Below are positions 55,863 through 63,728 of a stretch of DNA of 64,000 nt, in pieces (position 1 is the stretch's first letter; each line of letters begins with the position of its first letter). The stretch spans positions 15,220 through 79,219 of the forward strand of contig JAZUOZ010000016.1 of the NCBI GenBank assembly GCA_045604925.1. The letters run 5' to 3'. The position numbers and the translations under genes were made by a program. The stretch comes from Candidatus Nanosyncoccus sp. GTDB taxonomy: Bacteria; Patescibacteriota; Saccharimonadia; Saccharimonadales; Saccharimonadaceae. Under the pieces are notes generated by a model, which made no database searches, was not told the origin of the DNA, and worked only from the letters and a program-made list of their open reading frames with translations.

Positions 55863-56302
55863 GCCTTTTTGGCAGCGGATTTAGCGGTAGGTTTCTTAGT
55901 GGTAGTTTTGGTAGCCTTAGTAGTTTTGGTGGTTTTGGCAGTGGTCTTGGCGGCCTTAGTGGTTTTAGCTGGCTTGGCTGCTGGTTTAGCTTTTGATGCT
56001 TTGGCTGCTGGCTTGGCAGATTTAGCTGTGGTTTTTGTAGATTTTTTAGCTCCAAGGGTAACGCCACTGGCTTTAGCAAGTTTGGATGCAGCAGCTTTGC
56101 GACGTGAAGCGGTATTTTTCTTGATCAAACCTTTTTTGGCAGCTTTGTCGTACTCAGACTGGAGTTTGGAAAGATTCTCAGCAGAAGGATCTGTCTTGAG
56201 AGCTTTTAATGCTGTTTTGATGGATTTCTTGATTTCCTTGTTGTGCTCGGTACGTTTTACAGTTTGGCGAGCGGCTTTTTTAGCAGATTTAATAATCGGC
56301 AT
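55859..56302 (-). CDS. rpsT: Ribosomal protein S20 with a Lys/Ala/Thr-rich C-terminal extension
   Basis: MPIIKSAKKAARQTVKRTEHNK... is the S20 core of about 85 aa. A tail of about 60 aa of AKxT repeats follows. Confidence 0.85.
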   Translation of the reverse strand: MPIIKSAKKAARQTVKRTEHNKEIKKSIKTALKALKTDPSAENLSKLQSEYDKAAKKGLIKKNTASRRKAAASKLAKASGVTLGAKKSTKTTAKSAKPAAKASKAKPAAKPAKTTKAAKTTAKTTKTTKATKTTTKKPTAKSAAKKA

Positions 56303-56458
56303 GAATATTCCTATGGGTTAAATAATATTGATAATTAGGATAATTATACACCAGATTGAGAGAAATGTAAAGAGTTTAGTTAATCTTGCTATTGACTTTT
56401 CAAACAGGTTATGGTAAGATGGAAGTATAGTTTGTAATTAAAACAAAAAAACAGAAAA

Positions 56459-58627
56459 ATGCAAAACGAAGAAGACAAAAAACCACCAGTAGAGACAGAG
56501 GTCGATGCGGCGAAGAGTGATAGCATTGTGAACAACGTGACGGAGCGGATAAAAGATGCTGATAATATTTTGGTGACACTGTCGAGAGATCCAAGCGTCG
56601 ATGAAATGGCGGCAGCAATCGGTTTGACGTTAATGCTAGACCAGATGGGGAAGCATGCGACGGCGATTTATTCTGGGAAAACTCCAAATGCATTGGAATT
56701 TTTGGAGCCGAAAAAGACGTTTGAGACAAATACGAACAGCTTGCAAGATTTTATTATCGCTCTGAACAAGGACAAGGCGGATCATCTGAGATATAAGATT
56801 GAAGATGATTTCGTTAAAGTTTATATTACTCCATATAGAACGACAATTGAAGAAAGTGATTTACAATTTTCGCATGGCGATATTAATGTCGATCTGGTGA
56901 TTTCTTTGAATGTGAAGGACAATGATGATTTAGATGCGGCGCTTGCAAGGCACGGGCGGATCATGCATGACGCGAGCGCGATTAATATTTCTAACGATAC
57001 TCCAGGCAAATTGGGTGGAATCGAGTGGGATAATCCGGGAGCATCTTCGGTGTCGGAGATGATTGTGGATGTGATCGAGAAGTTGGGGGAGAGCATGACA
57101 GAAGAGGTCGCGACGGCACTTTTGACTGGTGTGATTGCCGCAACAGAGAGATTTTCGAATCAAAAAACTACTCCGGAGGCGATGGAAATTAGCGCGAAAT
57201 TGATGGAAGCTGGCGCAAATCAGCAATTGATTGCGGTGAATATTGAAAAAACAGAGCCAAAGGCAGAGGAAGCGAAACCGGCAGAGGTGGATTTGAATAT
57301 AGCGGCTAATGGGTCGGCGGAAGGGGCGATTTTGGATATTGCTAGAGATGAGCCGAAAGGTGAGACAAAAGATGAGCCAAAACAGGAGACGGCTGGGGAG
57401 ATTTCTCCTGAACAGCAATTAGAACAGATGATTGGCGGAACTGCGGCTGGTGAGACTGCAGCAAGTGTGCCAGAGTTGGCGACGCCTGCGGAGATGCCAA
57501 AGGTTGAAGAGCCTGTGAGCTCGCCAGAAGAAGTACTAAAACAGACTGTGCCAGAGGTGGATGCAGTGCCAGAGGTAGAGCCGGCGGCTACACCGGTAGT
57601 GGGACCAGCAGTGGCTACTCCAGTGACGGAAACACCGGCAATTGCGTCGACAGCAGAACCGATGGCCGCACCAGTGGTGGCCGCACCAGTGCTAGAGGCG
57701 CCGACGTCTTTGCCGGAAGCAGAAGTGCAAACAGTAGCCGCACCAGCTGCGCCGGCCCAGTTGTTTGGTGAACAAAAAGAATCGCCGGTGATTGATAAAC
57801 AGGTTGTGATTCCATCTGCGAAAGGAGAGGCTGAGGCAGAGGTAGCATCAACGAGCATGCCAGAGAAAGGCATTTATGAAACCTCTGATGACATGACCAA
57901 ATTGCAAGATGGAACAGTAGAACCTTTACCGAATGAAACACCGACGGATTACGGTGAGATGATGGAAAAGGAATTAGCAAATTCGCCGACAGGGCCGTTT
58001 GCTACGAACTCAATGACGACTCCGGAGGTGACAGGTCCAATATCCTCCGCTGACTTAACAAATCCTATGGCTAGTGCAGAGGTACTAAATCCGGTAATGA
58101 CAGCGGATGCTGCAAATCCGGCAGCGGCGGCATCTCCGACAGTAGCTGCGCAACCAGAGGTTCAGCCTGTAACTAATCCAATGGTAGGACCAAATAACCC
58201 GATGGTTGGGCCAGAGAATACGATGGCTGGACCCGAGAATATTGAATTGCCGCAGGCACCAGCACCAGCAGTGCCTGGAGTAAATGAAACAATGAACAAT
58301 GGTGAGACGACGGATGCGGCTTTACCACCAGTTCAGCCGATTGATGTGCAGGGGGTGCAAGGGGTGCAGGGCATGCAAGGGATGCAAGGGGGTATGCCCG
58401 CTGCTGCGCCGGTGACAATGCCAGTGGATGAATCTGCGGCAAATGGAGTACCGGCAGCCCCAGAGGGAGTATTACAGGAAGCGCCAAAAGAAGAATTGAA
58501 TCCGGTGATTGTACAACCTGAAACAAATCAAAATACTGTTCAAAATCCAGTCCAAGGACCGATTCAGGATCCGGCGTCAGTCCCGCCGGTTCAGGATCCG
58601 GGAGCATTTAAAATACCAGGGATGTAA
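56459..58627 (+). CDS. DHH-phosphoesterase-like N-terminal domain with degenerate catalytic motifs, plus a roughly 450-aa P/A/V/E-rich tail
   Basis: ILVTLSRDPSVDEMAAAIGL...KHATAIYSGK parallels NrnA motifs I and II. The His/Asp ligands are replaced, and INISND sits where DHH is expected. Confidence 0.45.
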   Translation: MQNEEDKKPPVETEVDAAKSDSIVNNVTERIKDADNILVTLSRDPSVDEMAAAIGLTLMLDQMGKHATAIYSGKTPNALEFLEPKKTFETNTNSLQDFIIALNKDKADHLRYKIEDDFVKVYITPYRTTIEESDLQFSHGDINVDLVISLNVKDNDDLDAALARHGRIMHDASAINISNDTPGKLGGIEWDNPGASSVSEMIVDVIEKLGESMTEEVATALLTGVIAATERFSNQKTTPEAMEISAKLMEAGANQQLIAVNIEKTEPKAEEAKPAEVDLNIAANGSAEGAILDIARDEPKGETKDEPKQETAGEISPEQQLEQMIGGTAAGETAASVPELATPAEMPKVEEPVSSPEEVLKQTVPEVDAVPEVEPAATPVVGPAVATPVTETPAIASTAEPMAAPVVAAPVLEAPTSLPEAEVQTVAAPAAPAQLFGEQKESPVIDKQVVIPSAKGEAEAEVASTSMPEKGIYETSDDMTKLQDGTVEPLPNETPTDYGEMMEKELANSPTGPFATNSMTTPEVTGPISSADLTNPMASAEVLNPVMTADAANPAAAASPTVAAQPEVQPVTNPMVGPNNPMVGPENTMAGPENIELPQAPAPAVPGVNETMNNGETTDAALPPVQPIDVQGVQGVQGMQGMQGGMPAAAPVTMPVDESAANGVPAAPEGVLQEAPKEELNPVIVQPETNQNTVQNPVQGPIQDPASVPPVQDPGAFKIPGM

Positions 58628-58703
58628 TATGGTGATGATACCTATTATTCTCGCTATGGCAATCAGTGCGGCGATGGTACTCGTGCTGGTAAGAACAGCG
58701 TAG

Positions 58704-58727
58704 CGCGGCTCGAAAGGCCGCGTTTTT
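58704..58727 (+). terminator. Rho-independent terminator
   Basis: Stem cgcggc / gccgcg followed by T5. Confidence 0.7.
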
Positions 58728-58807
58728 AAGTGTGGCGTTTGAGGCTTTGAGGACCGTAAGCTTGCGGTGCAGCAGCATTTTCTGCCAGAGCGTGATAAAA
58801 TAAAAAC

Positions 58808-59629
58808 ATGAACTTAGTTAACAAAGATGTTCTGCTCGTGGATAAGCCGGCGGGGATGAGCTCTTTTGGAGTGGTCGCTAGAGTAAGGCGAGTGTTGACA
58901 GAGCAAAGGCGAGAGCAAATCCGAGAAGAGTGGGCTTTATCTGGGCGTGTGCTCTCAGATTTGCCGAAGGGTGCTCTGCCAAAACGAGTGAAAGTAGGAC
59001 ATGCTGGGACTTTGGATCCGTTTGCAACGGGTCTTTTAATTTGTTTACTGGGGAAGGCGACAAAGCGAGCGGGGGAGTTTTTGAAGCTAGATAAGAGGTA
59101 TACTGCGACAATTTGCCTGGGGAAAGTGTCTAGTACTGGAGACACGGAGGGAGAAATTGTAGAATATGATTCTTCACGGGCACCGGTCGCGTCGCCCGTC
59201 GTTACGGGGACGCTCCCTATCCTCCGCTCCCGTTGTCGCGGAAGATCCCGTGAAGAACATATTCCTACAATTTCCCAAATACGTTCAGTGCTAGAGCAGT
59301 TTATAGGGGAGATTGTGCAGAGGGTGCCGGCATATAGCGCTGTTAAAATCGACGGACGGAGAGCGTATGATTTGGCGCGGAAGGGGATCGAAGTGGAGAT
59401 GCCGGAGCGCAAGGTGCAGATTTATGAAATATCTATCTTGCGGTATGAGTGGCCGGAGCTGACGATAGATTGTAAAGTGAGCTCGGGGACGTATATCCGG
59501 GCGCTGGGCGAGGACATTGGCAAGGCACTAGGGGTGGGCGGTTACCTGACGGCGCTTCGAAGGACGGAGATTGGAGAGTATAAGGTGAGCGATGCAGTGA
59601 CACTGGGGGAACTGGGGATAGAAAACTAG
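58808..59629 (+). CDS. truB: tRNA pseudouridine(55) synthase
   Basis: LLVDKPAGMSS and KVGHAGTLDPFATGLL with the catalytic Asp. It carries one family-B repeat in frame. The ATG lies 6 nt after TGaTAAAAT. Confidence 0.9.
   Translation: MNLVNKDVLLVDKPAGMSSFGVVARVRRVLTEQRREQIREEWALSGRVLSDLPKGALPKRVKVGHAGTLDPFATGLLICLLGKATKRAGEFLKLDKRYTATICLGKVSSTGDTEGEIVEYDSSRAPVASPVVTGTLPILRSRCRGRSREEHIPTISQIRSVLEQFIGEIVQRVPAYSAVKIDGRRAYDLARKGIEVEMPERKVQIYEISILRYEWPELTIDCKVSSGTYIRALGEDIGKALGVGGYLTALRRTEIGEYKVSDAVTLGELGIEN
59174..59255. repeat. Family-B palindromic repeat, copy 2, in frame in truB
   Basis: It shares gcccgtcgttacggg and ccgctcccgttgtcgcgga with 17811..17883. It is bracketed by the 8-bp inverted repeat ttcacggg / cccgtgaa. 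Confidence 0.8.
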
Positions 59630-59652
59630 ATACAGCGATAGAGCGTTGCTAG

Positions 59653-59681
59653 TTGCATAATCTGGTAAGGTGTGCTATAAT
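59653..59681 (+). promoter_or_regulatory. rpsO promoter positioned for a leaderless transcript
   Basis: TTGCAT at 59653..59658, a 17-nt spacer, TATAAT at 59676..59681, then 7 nt (tacccct, no SD) to the ATG at 59689. Confidence 0.55.
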
Positions 59682-59688
59682 TACCCCT

Positions 59689-59955
59689 ATGATAACAAAA
59701 GAGAAGAAAGCGGAGGCTATCTCTAAGCTCGCACGCAGCAAGAAAGATGTTGGATCTCCAGAGGTCCAGGTCGCTATCTTGACTGAGCGTATCCTAGAGG
59801 TGACTGAGCATGTCAAGGAGAACAAGCACGATTTTATGGCGCGACGCGGCCTGATGCAGATGGTCGGCAAGCGCAAAAAACTGCTGAAATACCTTGAGAA
59901 TACCGATTTCGAGAAGTATAAAGATACTGTCAAGAAATGCGGTCTGCGCAAATAA
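59689..59955 (+). CDS. rpsO: Ribosomal protein S15
   Basis: GSPEVQVAILTERI...HVKENKHDFMARRGLMQMVGKRKKLLKYL is the S15 signature. Confidence 0.9.
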   Translation: MITKEKKAEAISKLARSKKDVGSPEVQVAILTERILEVTEHVKENKHDFMARRGLMQMVGKRKKLLKYLENTDFEKYKDTVKKCGLRK

Positions 59956-60034
59956 TATTTGCAAGAAGTCGCAAGTAACCTTCGCGAATTAAACATCTAC
60001 TTGGCTATGAATCGTGTTCTGGCTCGGTAGCATG

Positions 60035-60067
60035 AAAAAGCCCCGTCACACATGTGGCGGGGTTTTT
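60035..60067. terminator. Bidirectional terminator between rpsO and the alarmone synthetase gene
   Basis: Stem ccccgtcac / gtggcgggg, flanked by A5 and T5. Confidence 0.75.
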
Positions 60068-60068
60068 G

Positions 60069-60776
60069 CTAATTATTGTCTGATTGTTCTGACTGCTCCG
60101 ACTGGCTAGAGTGTCCTGAATGCGAGTGGCCAACCGCAGCATGAACACCAGCGAGATCTCGTAAGTATAATGTTTTCTTGTCAATCTCTGCTACCATGGC
60201 TGCTATCTCACGGAAGCCCTCATCAAGTTCTTGAGCCACCTCTTCAGGTAAATATTCAGATCGGCCAGCTTTTTTATTTGCATACCTGATCTTATGCTCG
60301 ATTTGCGCCCAGTAATTCATTCCAAGATCTCTGATTTGTATCTCTACTGGGACAGTATACTCATCCGTAAAATTCGCAATCACATGGTAGCTTGAATAGC
60401 CATTATCTTTTGGACTAGTGACATAATCTCTCTCTTCGACTATCTGGAGCCACCTCTGCTTTCTCAGCATATCAACCACTTTTTCGATGTCATCTCGGAA
60501 AGGTGTCAATATCCTTACACCAGCTATGTCGTGTAGCTCTCGCATCGATTTTACTGTGAAAGGCATCTGGTTGCGCCTGAATTTCGCAAGAGTACTATTA
60601 AAGCTTTTGATTCTTGAGTCAAAAGATTCGATGACATTGTACCCTTCAGAAGATGCGAGGTCCTCTTGTATATTCTTTATTCTAGCTTTCAGGTTGCGCG
60701 TAGCGCACCTACAGAGGTGTGTGTATTCATTATACTCCTTTTTTAATTCAGACATTATATTATCTTCTGTTCCCAT
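60069..60776 (-). CDS. Small alarmone synthetase (RelA/SpoT synthetase domain only)
   Basis: HDIAGVRILTPF, GYSSYHV and VEIQIRDLGMNYWAQIEHKIRY are RelA/SpoT synthetase motifs. There is no HD domain. SD gaggagggg. Confidence 0.8.
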   Translation of the reverse strand: MGTEDNIMSELKKEYNEYTHLCRCATRNLKARIKNIQEDLASSEGYNVIESFDSRIKSFNSTLAKFRRNQMPFTVKSMRELHDIAGVRILTPFRDDIEKVVDMLRKQRWLQIVEERDYVTSPKDNGYSSYHVIANFTDEYTVPVEIQIRDLGMNYWAQIEHKIRYANKKAGRSEYLPEEVAQELDEGFREIAAMVAEIDKKTLYLRDLAGVHAAVGHSHSGHSSQSEQSEQSDNN

Positions 60777-61013
60777 TTTATCCCCTCCTCATGGAATTGT
60801 TATTGCTACTCGGATGAGTAGCGGTACTATAGTTACAGCCCTGTTAGGGCAAAATTAACTCATCCTATACATTATAGCACAAACGGGTTGAAATGTCAAT
60901 AGATTTGGAGGTTGAAACAGGGGTAGGAGATGCAGTATTTTGGTGGTAGACGGGTAGGGGTCTAGGACTTTAAAACTGGATCGATGTGTGGTAGAATAGG
61001 GGTAGAAGTAACG

Positions 61014-61071
61014 GAGAAAACGGCAGATACATAGGCTTTTGCCGAAAACCTATATATCTGGTGTTTTCTCA
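61014..61071 (+). promoter_or_regulatory. Long imperfect stem-loop in the pnp 5' leader
   Basis: gagaaaac..gcagata.ataggctttt / aaaacctat.tatctg..gttttctc gives a stem of about 26 bp with loop gccg, 15 nt upstream of the pnp ATG. Confidence 0.6.
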
Positions 61072-61086
61072 GAAAGGTAATTTTTT

Positions 61087-63339
61087 ATGGATATTATTAA
61101 TCCAAATGGAAAAAAAGTCGAGAGAATCTCGACCGAGTGGTGTGGACGCGAACTAACTCTAGAGGTCAACAGAGTCGGATTTCGCTCGACATCTAGCGTG
61201 ATGGTGTCTTATGGTGATACTACTGTGCTTGGTAGCGTAGTTGTATCTAAAAAGCCTGTAGAGCAAGATTTCTTCCCGCTCTCTGTGGAGTACGAAGAGA
61301 AGTTCTACGCTGCTGGCAAGATGAACGGCAGCAAATTCATCAAGCGCGAGGGTAAGCCATCTGATAACGCTGTACTGGTGGGTCGTTTGATCGATCGTCC
61401 GATTCGTCCGCTATTTCCAAAGGGTTATCGTCAAGAGATTCAGGTAGTGGCAACTGTGCTCTCGATGGATCCAAATTTCCGTCCAGATTGTGTAGCGATG
61501 GTAGCCGCATCGGCAGCTTTACACTGTGCTGGTGTGCCGTTTGACGGTCCAGTAGCAGGGGTGCGCATTGGCCGTGTGCTGAAGGAAGGCGCCAAGGTCG
61601 ATGAAAAGACTGGTAAGGCTGGAGACGGCGACTATGAGTTTAAGGCATTTTTGTCTGCTGAAGAGCGTGAGGCTAGCGATCTTGACCTCGTGGTAGCAAT
61701 TAGAAACGGCAAGGTAATGATGGTAGAGGCTGGTGCAAATGAGGTGCCAGAAAAAGTCATTATTGAGGCGATGCGTTGGGCGGCAGAGAACTGTAAGCCA
61801 GCCTTAGAGCTACAAGAGAAATTGCGTGAGATTGTAAAGCCAGAAGAGCTAGAGTATGAGTTGGTGCTACCTGCAGAATCTATCCAAGAGAAAGTTGATG
61901 CTTGGACTGATGTTAAATTCGCTGGTGGCAAGATTCGCGGCAATGTACTAGAGCGCCAGAAAATTTGTGATGAGCTACGCGATGAAATGAACGCAGAGTT
62001 TGCCAAAGAATTCTTTACAGCAGAGAAGCCTGAGGGTGTAGAGGATAATGAAGAAAGCATCATGGCTTGGTACGAAGAAAACTACGCCAAAGAATACAAC
62101 GAAGCATTTGAATTAGCCGTACACCATGAGGTACGCCGTGGCATCATCAAGGATGGTGAGCGTCCTGATGGCCGTAAACTTACAGAGGTGCGTCCGTTGT
62201 CTAGCCAAGTTTCTATCTTGCCAAGAGTGCACGGCTCTTCGCTGTTTACTCGTGGTTTGACCCAAGCGATGAACATTATCACGCTGGCGCCGATGAGTTT
62301 TGCGCAGGTTGTCGACACAATGGAAGTCAATGACGGTATCCGTCGCTATATGCATCACTATAATGCTGCTCCATTTACAGTGGGTGAGTGTGGCCGTATC
62401 GGTAGCCCTGGTCGCCGTGAGATTGGCCATGGCTATCTGGCAGAGCGGGCACTGATGCCAATGCTGCCTTCGGTAGAGGATTTTCCATATGCGATTCGCA
62501 GCGTTACCGAAATTATGTCCCAGAATGGATCTACATCTATGGCTGCAACATGTTCTTCTTGTCTAGCGCTGATGGATGCGGGTGTACCTCTAAAACGTCC
62601 AGTATCTGGTGTAGCGATGGGCTTGATGGTAGATGTAGAAAAGGGTGCAGAGATCACCGCGGATGATGTTGATAAAGCTTACGTACTAACCGATTTGATG
62701 GATGCCGAAGATTTTGCTGGCGATATGGACTTTAAGGTAACAGGTACCACTGAGGGTATCACCGCTCTCCAGATGGATATGAAAGTCCATGGCTTGCCAA
62801 TCGACATCCTAGAAAAAGCAATCGCACAGAGCCACGAGGGGCGCAAGTTTATCCTAGAACATATGCTGAGTGTTTTGCCGGCTCCGCGTGATAAGATTTC
62901 TGACCACGCGCCGCAGATTGAAAAACTGATTATTAACCCTGATAAAATTGGCTCGGTGATCGGTAAAGGTGGTGAGACCATCAACAAGATTACCTCGGAG
63001 ACAGGTGCGACAGTAGATATCGCAGAGGATGGCCTAGTGACTATTGCTGGTACCAATGCCGAGTCTATCAACAAGGCCGTCGAGTGGGTCAAAAGCCTGA
63101 CCGAAGAGCCAGAAGTTGGCAAAATCTACACTGGTAAAGTAGTAACTATCAAAGATTTTGGTGCATTTGTGAACATCTTACCTGGCATAGATGGAATGCT
63201 ACATATCTCGCAGATTTCTGATCAGAGACTTGATAAAGTGACTGATGCTCTGAAAGTTGGACAAGAGATTAAGGTTAAGCTAGTGGCGATTGATGATAAG
63301 GGGAAGTTGTCGCTTTCGATGAAGGGTGTGGAGCAGTAG
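61087..63339 (+). CDS. pnp: Polyribonucleotide nucleotidyltransferase (PNPase)
   Basis: Two RNase PH domains, then KH (GKGGETINKI) and S1 (GKVVTIKDFGAFVNI) domains. Confidence 0.95.
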   Translation: MDIINPNGKKVERISTEWCGRELTLEVNRVGFRSTSSVMVSYGDTTVLGSVVVSKKPVEQDFFPLSVEYEEKFYAAGKMNGSKFIKREGKPSDNAVLVGRLIDRPIRPLFPKGYRQEIQVVATVLSMDPNFRPDCVAMVAASAALHCAGVPFDGPVAGVRIGRVLKEGAKVDEKTGKAGDGDYEFKAFLSAEEREASDLDLVVAIRNGKVMMVEAGANEVPEKVIIEAMRWAAENCKPALELQEKLREIVKPEELEYELVLPAESIQEKVDAWTDVKFAGGKIRGNVLERQKICDELRDEMNAEFAKEFFTAEKPEGVEDNEESIMAWYEENYAKEYNEAFELAVHHEVRRGIIKDGERPDGRKLTEVRPLSSQVSILPRVHGSSLFTRGLTQAMNIITLAPMSFAQVVDTMEVNDGIRRYMHHYNAAPFTVGECGRIGSPGRREIGHGYLAERALMPMLPSVEDFPYAIRSVTEIMSQNGSTSMAATCSSCLALMDAGVPLKRPVSGVAMGLMVDVEKGAEITADDVDKAYVLTDLMDAEDFAGDMDFKVTGTTEGITALQMDMKVHGLPIDILEKAIAQSHEGRKFILEHMLSVLPAPRDKISDHAPQIEKLIINPDKIGSVIGKGGETINKITSETGATVDIAEDGLVTIAGTNAESINKAVEWVKSLTEEPEVGKIYTGKVVTIKDFGAFVNILPGIDGMLHISQISDQRLDKVTDALKVGQEIKVKLVAIDDKGKLSLSMKGVEQ

Positions 63340-63350
63340 GACTGCTATTA

Positions 63351-63382
63351 AAATAAGAGTGTTTTCACACTCTTATTTTTTA
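63351..63382 (+). terminator. Rho-independent terminator after pnp
   Basis: Stem ataagagtg / cactcttat followed by T6. Confidence 0.8.
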
Positions 63383-63482
63383 AGTTGGAATTCGCTTTCA
63401 TGCTACAAAAAGTAACATCAGCTAGAATTTTCCTTAAAGAAAATCCTTGCGCTAATTTTGTATTGCGTGCTATAATAAGAAT

Positions 63483-63634
63483 GCTAAAACATCACATAGA
63501 GTTTATTTTATATCTACCGTTGAGTCACTATTTGTAAAAGTGTATAAAAATGCGGCCATGTGCGGCTTAGTGTACACTTTTCACTGGTGGCTCTAGGTGA
63601 TGTTTTAGCGAACACGTACGTGGTCGCATTTTTG
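63483..63634 (+). ncRNA. Candidate structured RNA or attenuating leader upstream of a secreted-protein gene
   Basis: A 19-bp closing stem gctaaaacatcacatagag / ctctaggtgatgttttagc has one mismatch. It encloses an inner stem aaaagtgta / tacactttt. A palindromic hairpin gcgaacacgtacgtggtcgc plus a T run follows. A possible promoter is TTGCGC-N18-TATAAT at 63450..63479. Confidence 0.4.
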
Positions 63635-63728
63635 TTGGTATTTACAATAGGCAGGGGGTATCGCGAGATATGTAATAGACAAAAGTGTCTCTACGTGCGG
63701 GCATAGCAACCACACCAAAGGAGGTACA

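Noticed and set aside
55869-56321. 150-aa plus-strand ORF antisense to rpsT, and 55843..56079 (-)
   Set aside because: They are shadow ORFs produced by the Lys/Ala/Thr repeat DNA. The S20 frame is unambiguous.
57220-57873. 217-aa antisense ORF inside the DHH-like gene, with similar antisense ORFs at 56930..57418, 57615..57980 and 58173..58607
   Set aside because: They are shadow ORFs in GC-rich, low-complexity coding DNA, with no start context and Ser/Gly/Ala-biased composition.
58509-58703. Track ORF 58509..58703 (+) overlapping the end of the DHH-like gene
   Set aside because: Most of it is an off-frame reading of the upstream gene. Only the terminal 24-codon hydrophobic micro-ORF (58629..58703) is discussed, at low confidence, under the DHH-like finding.
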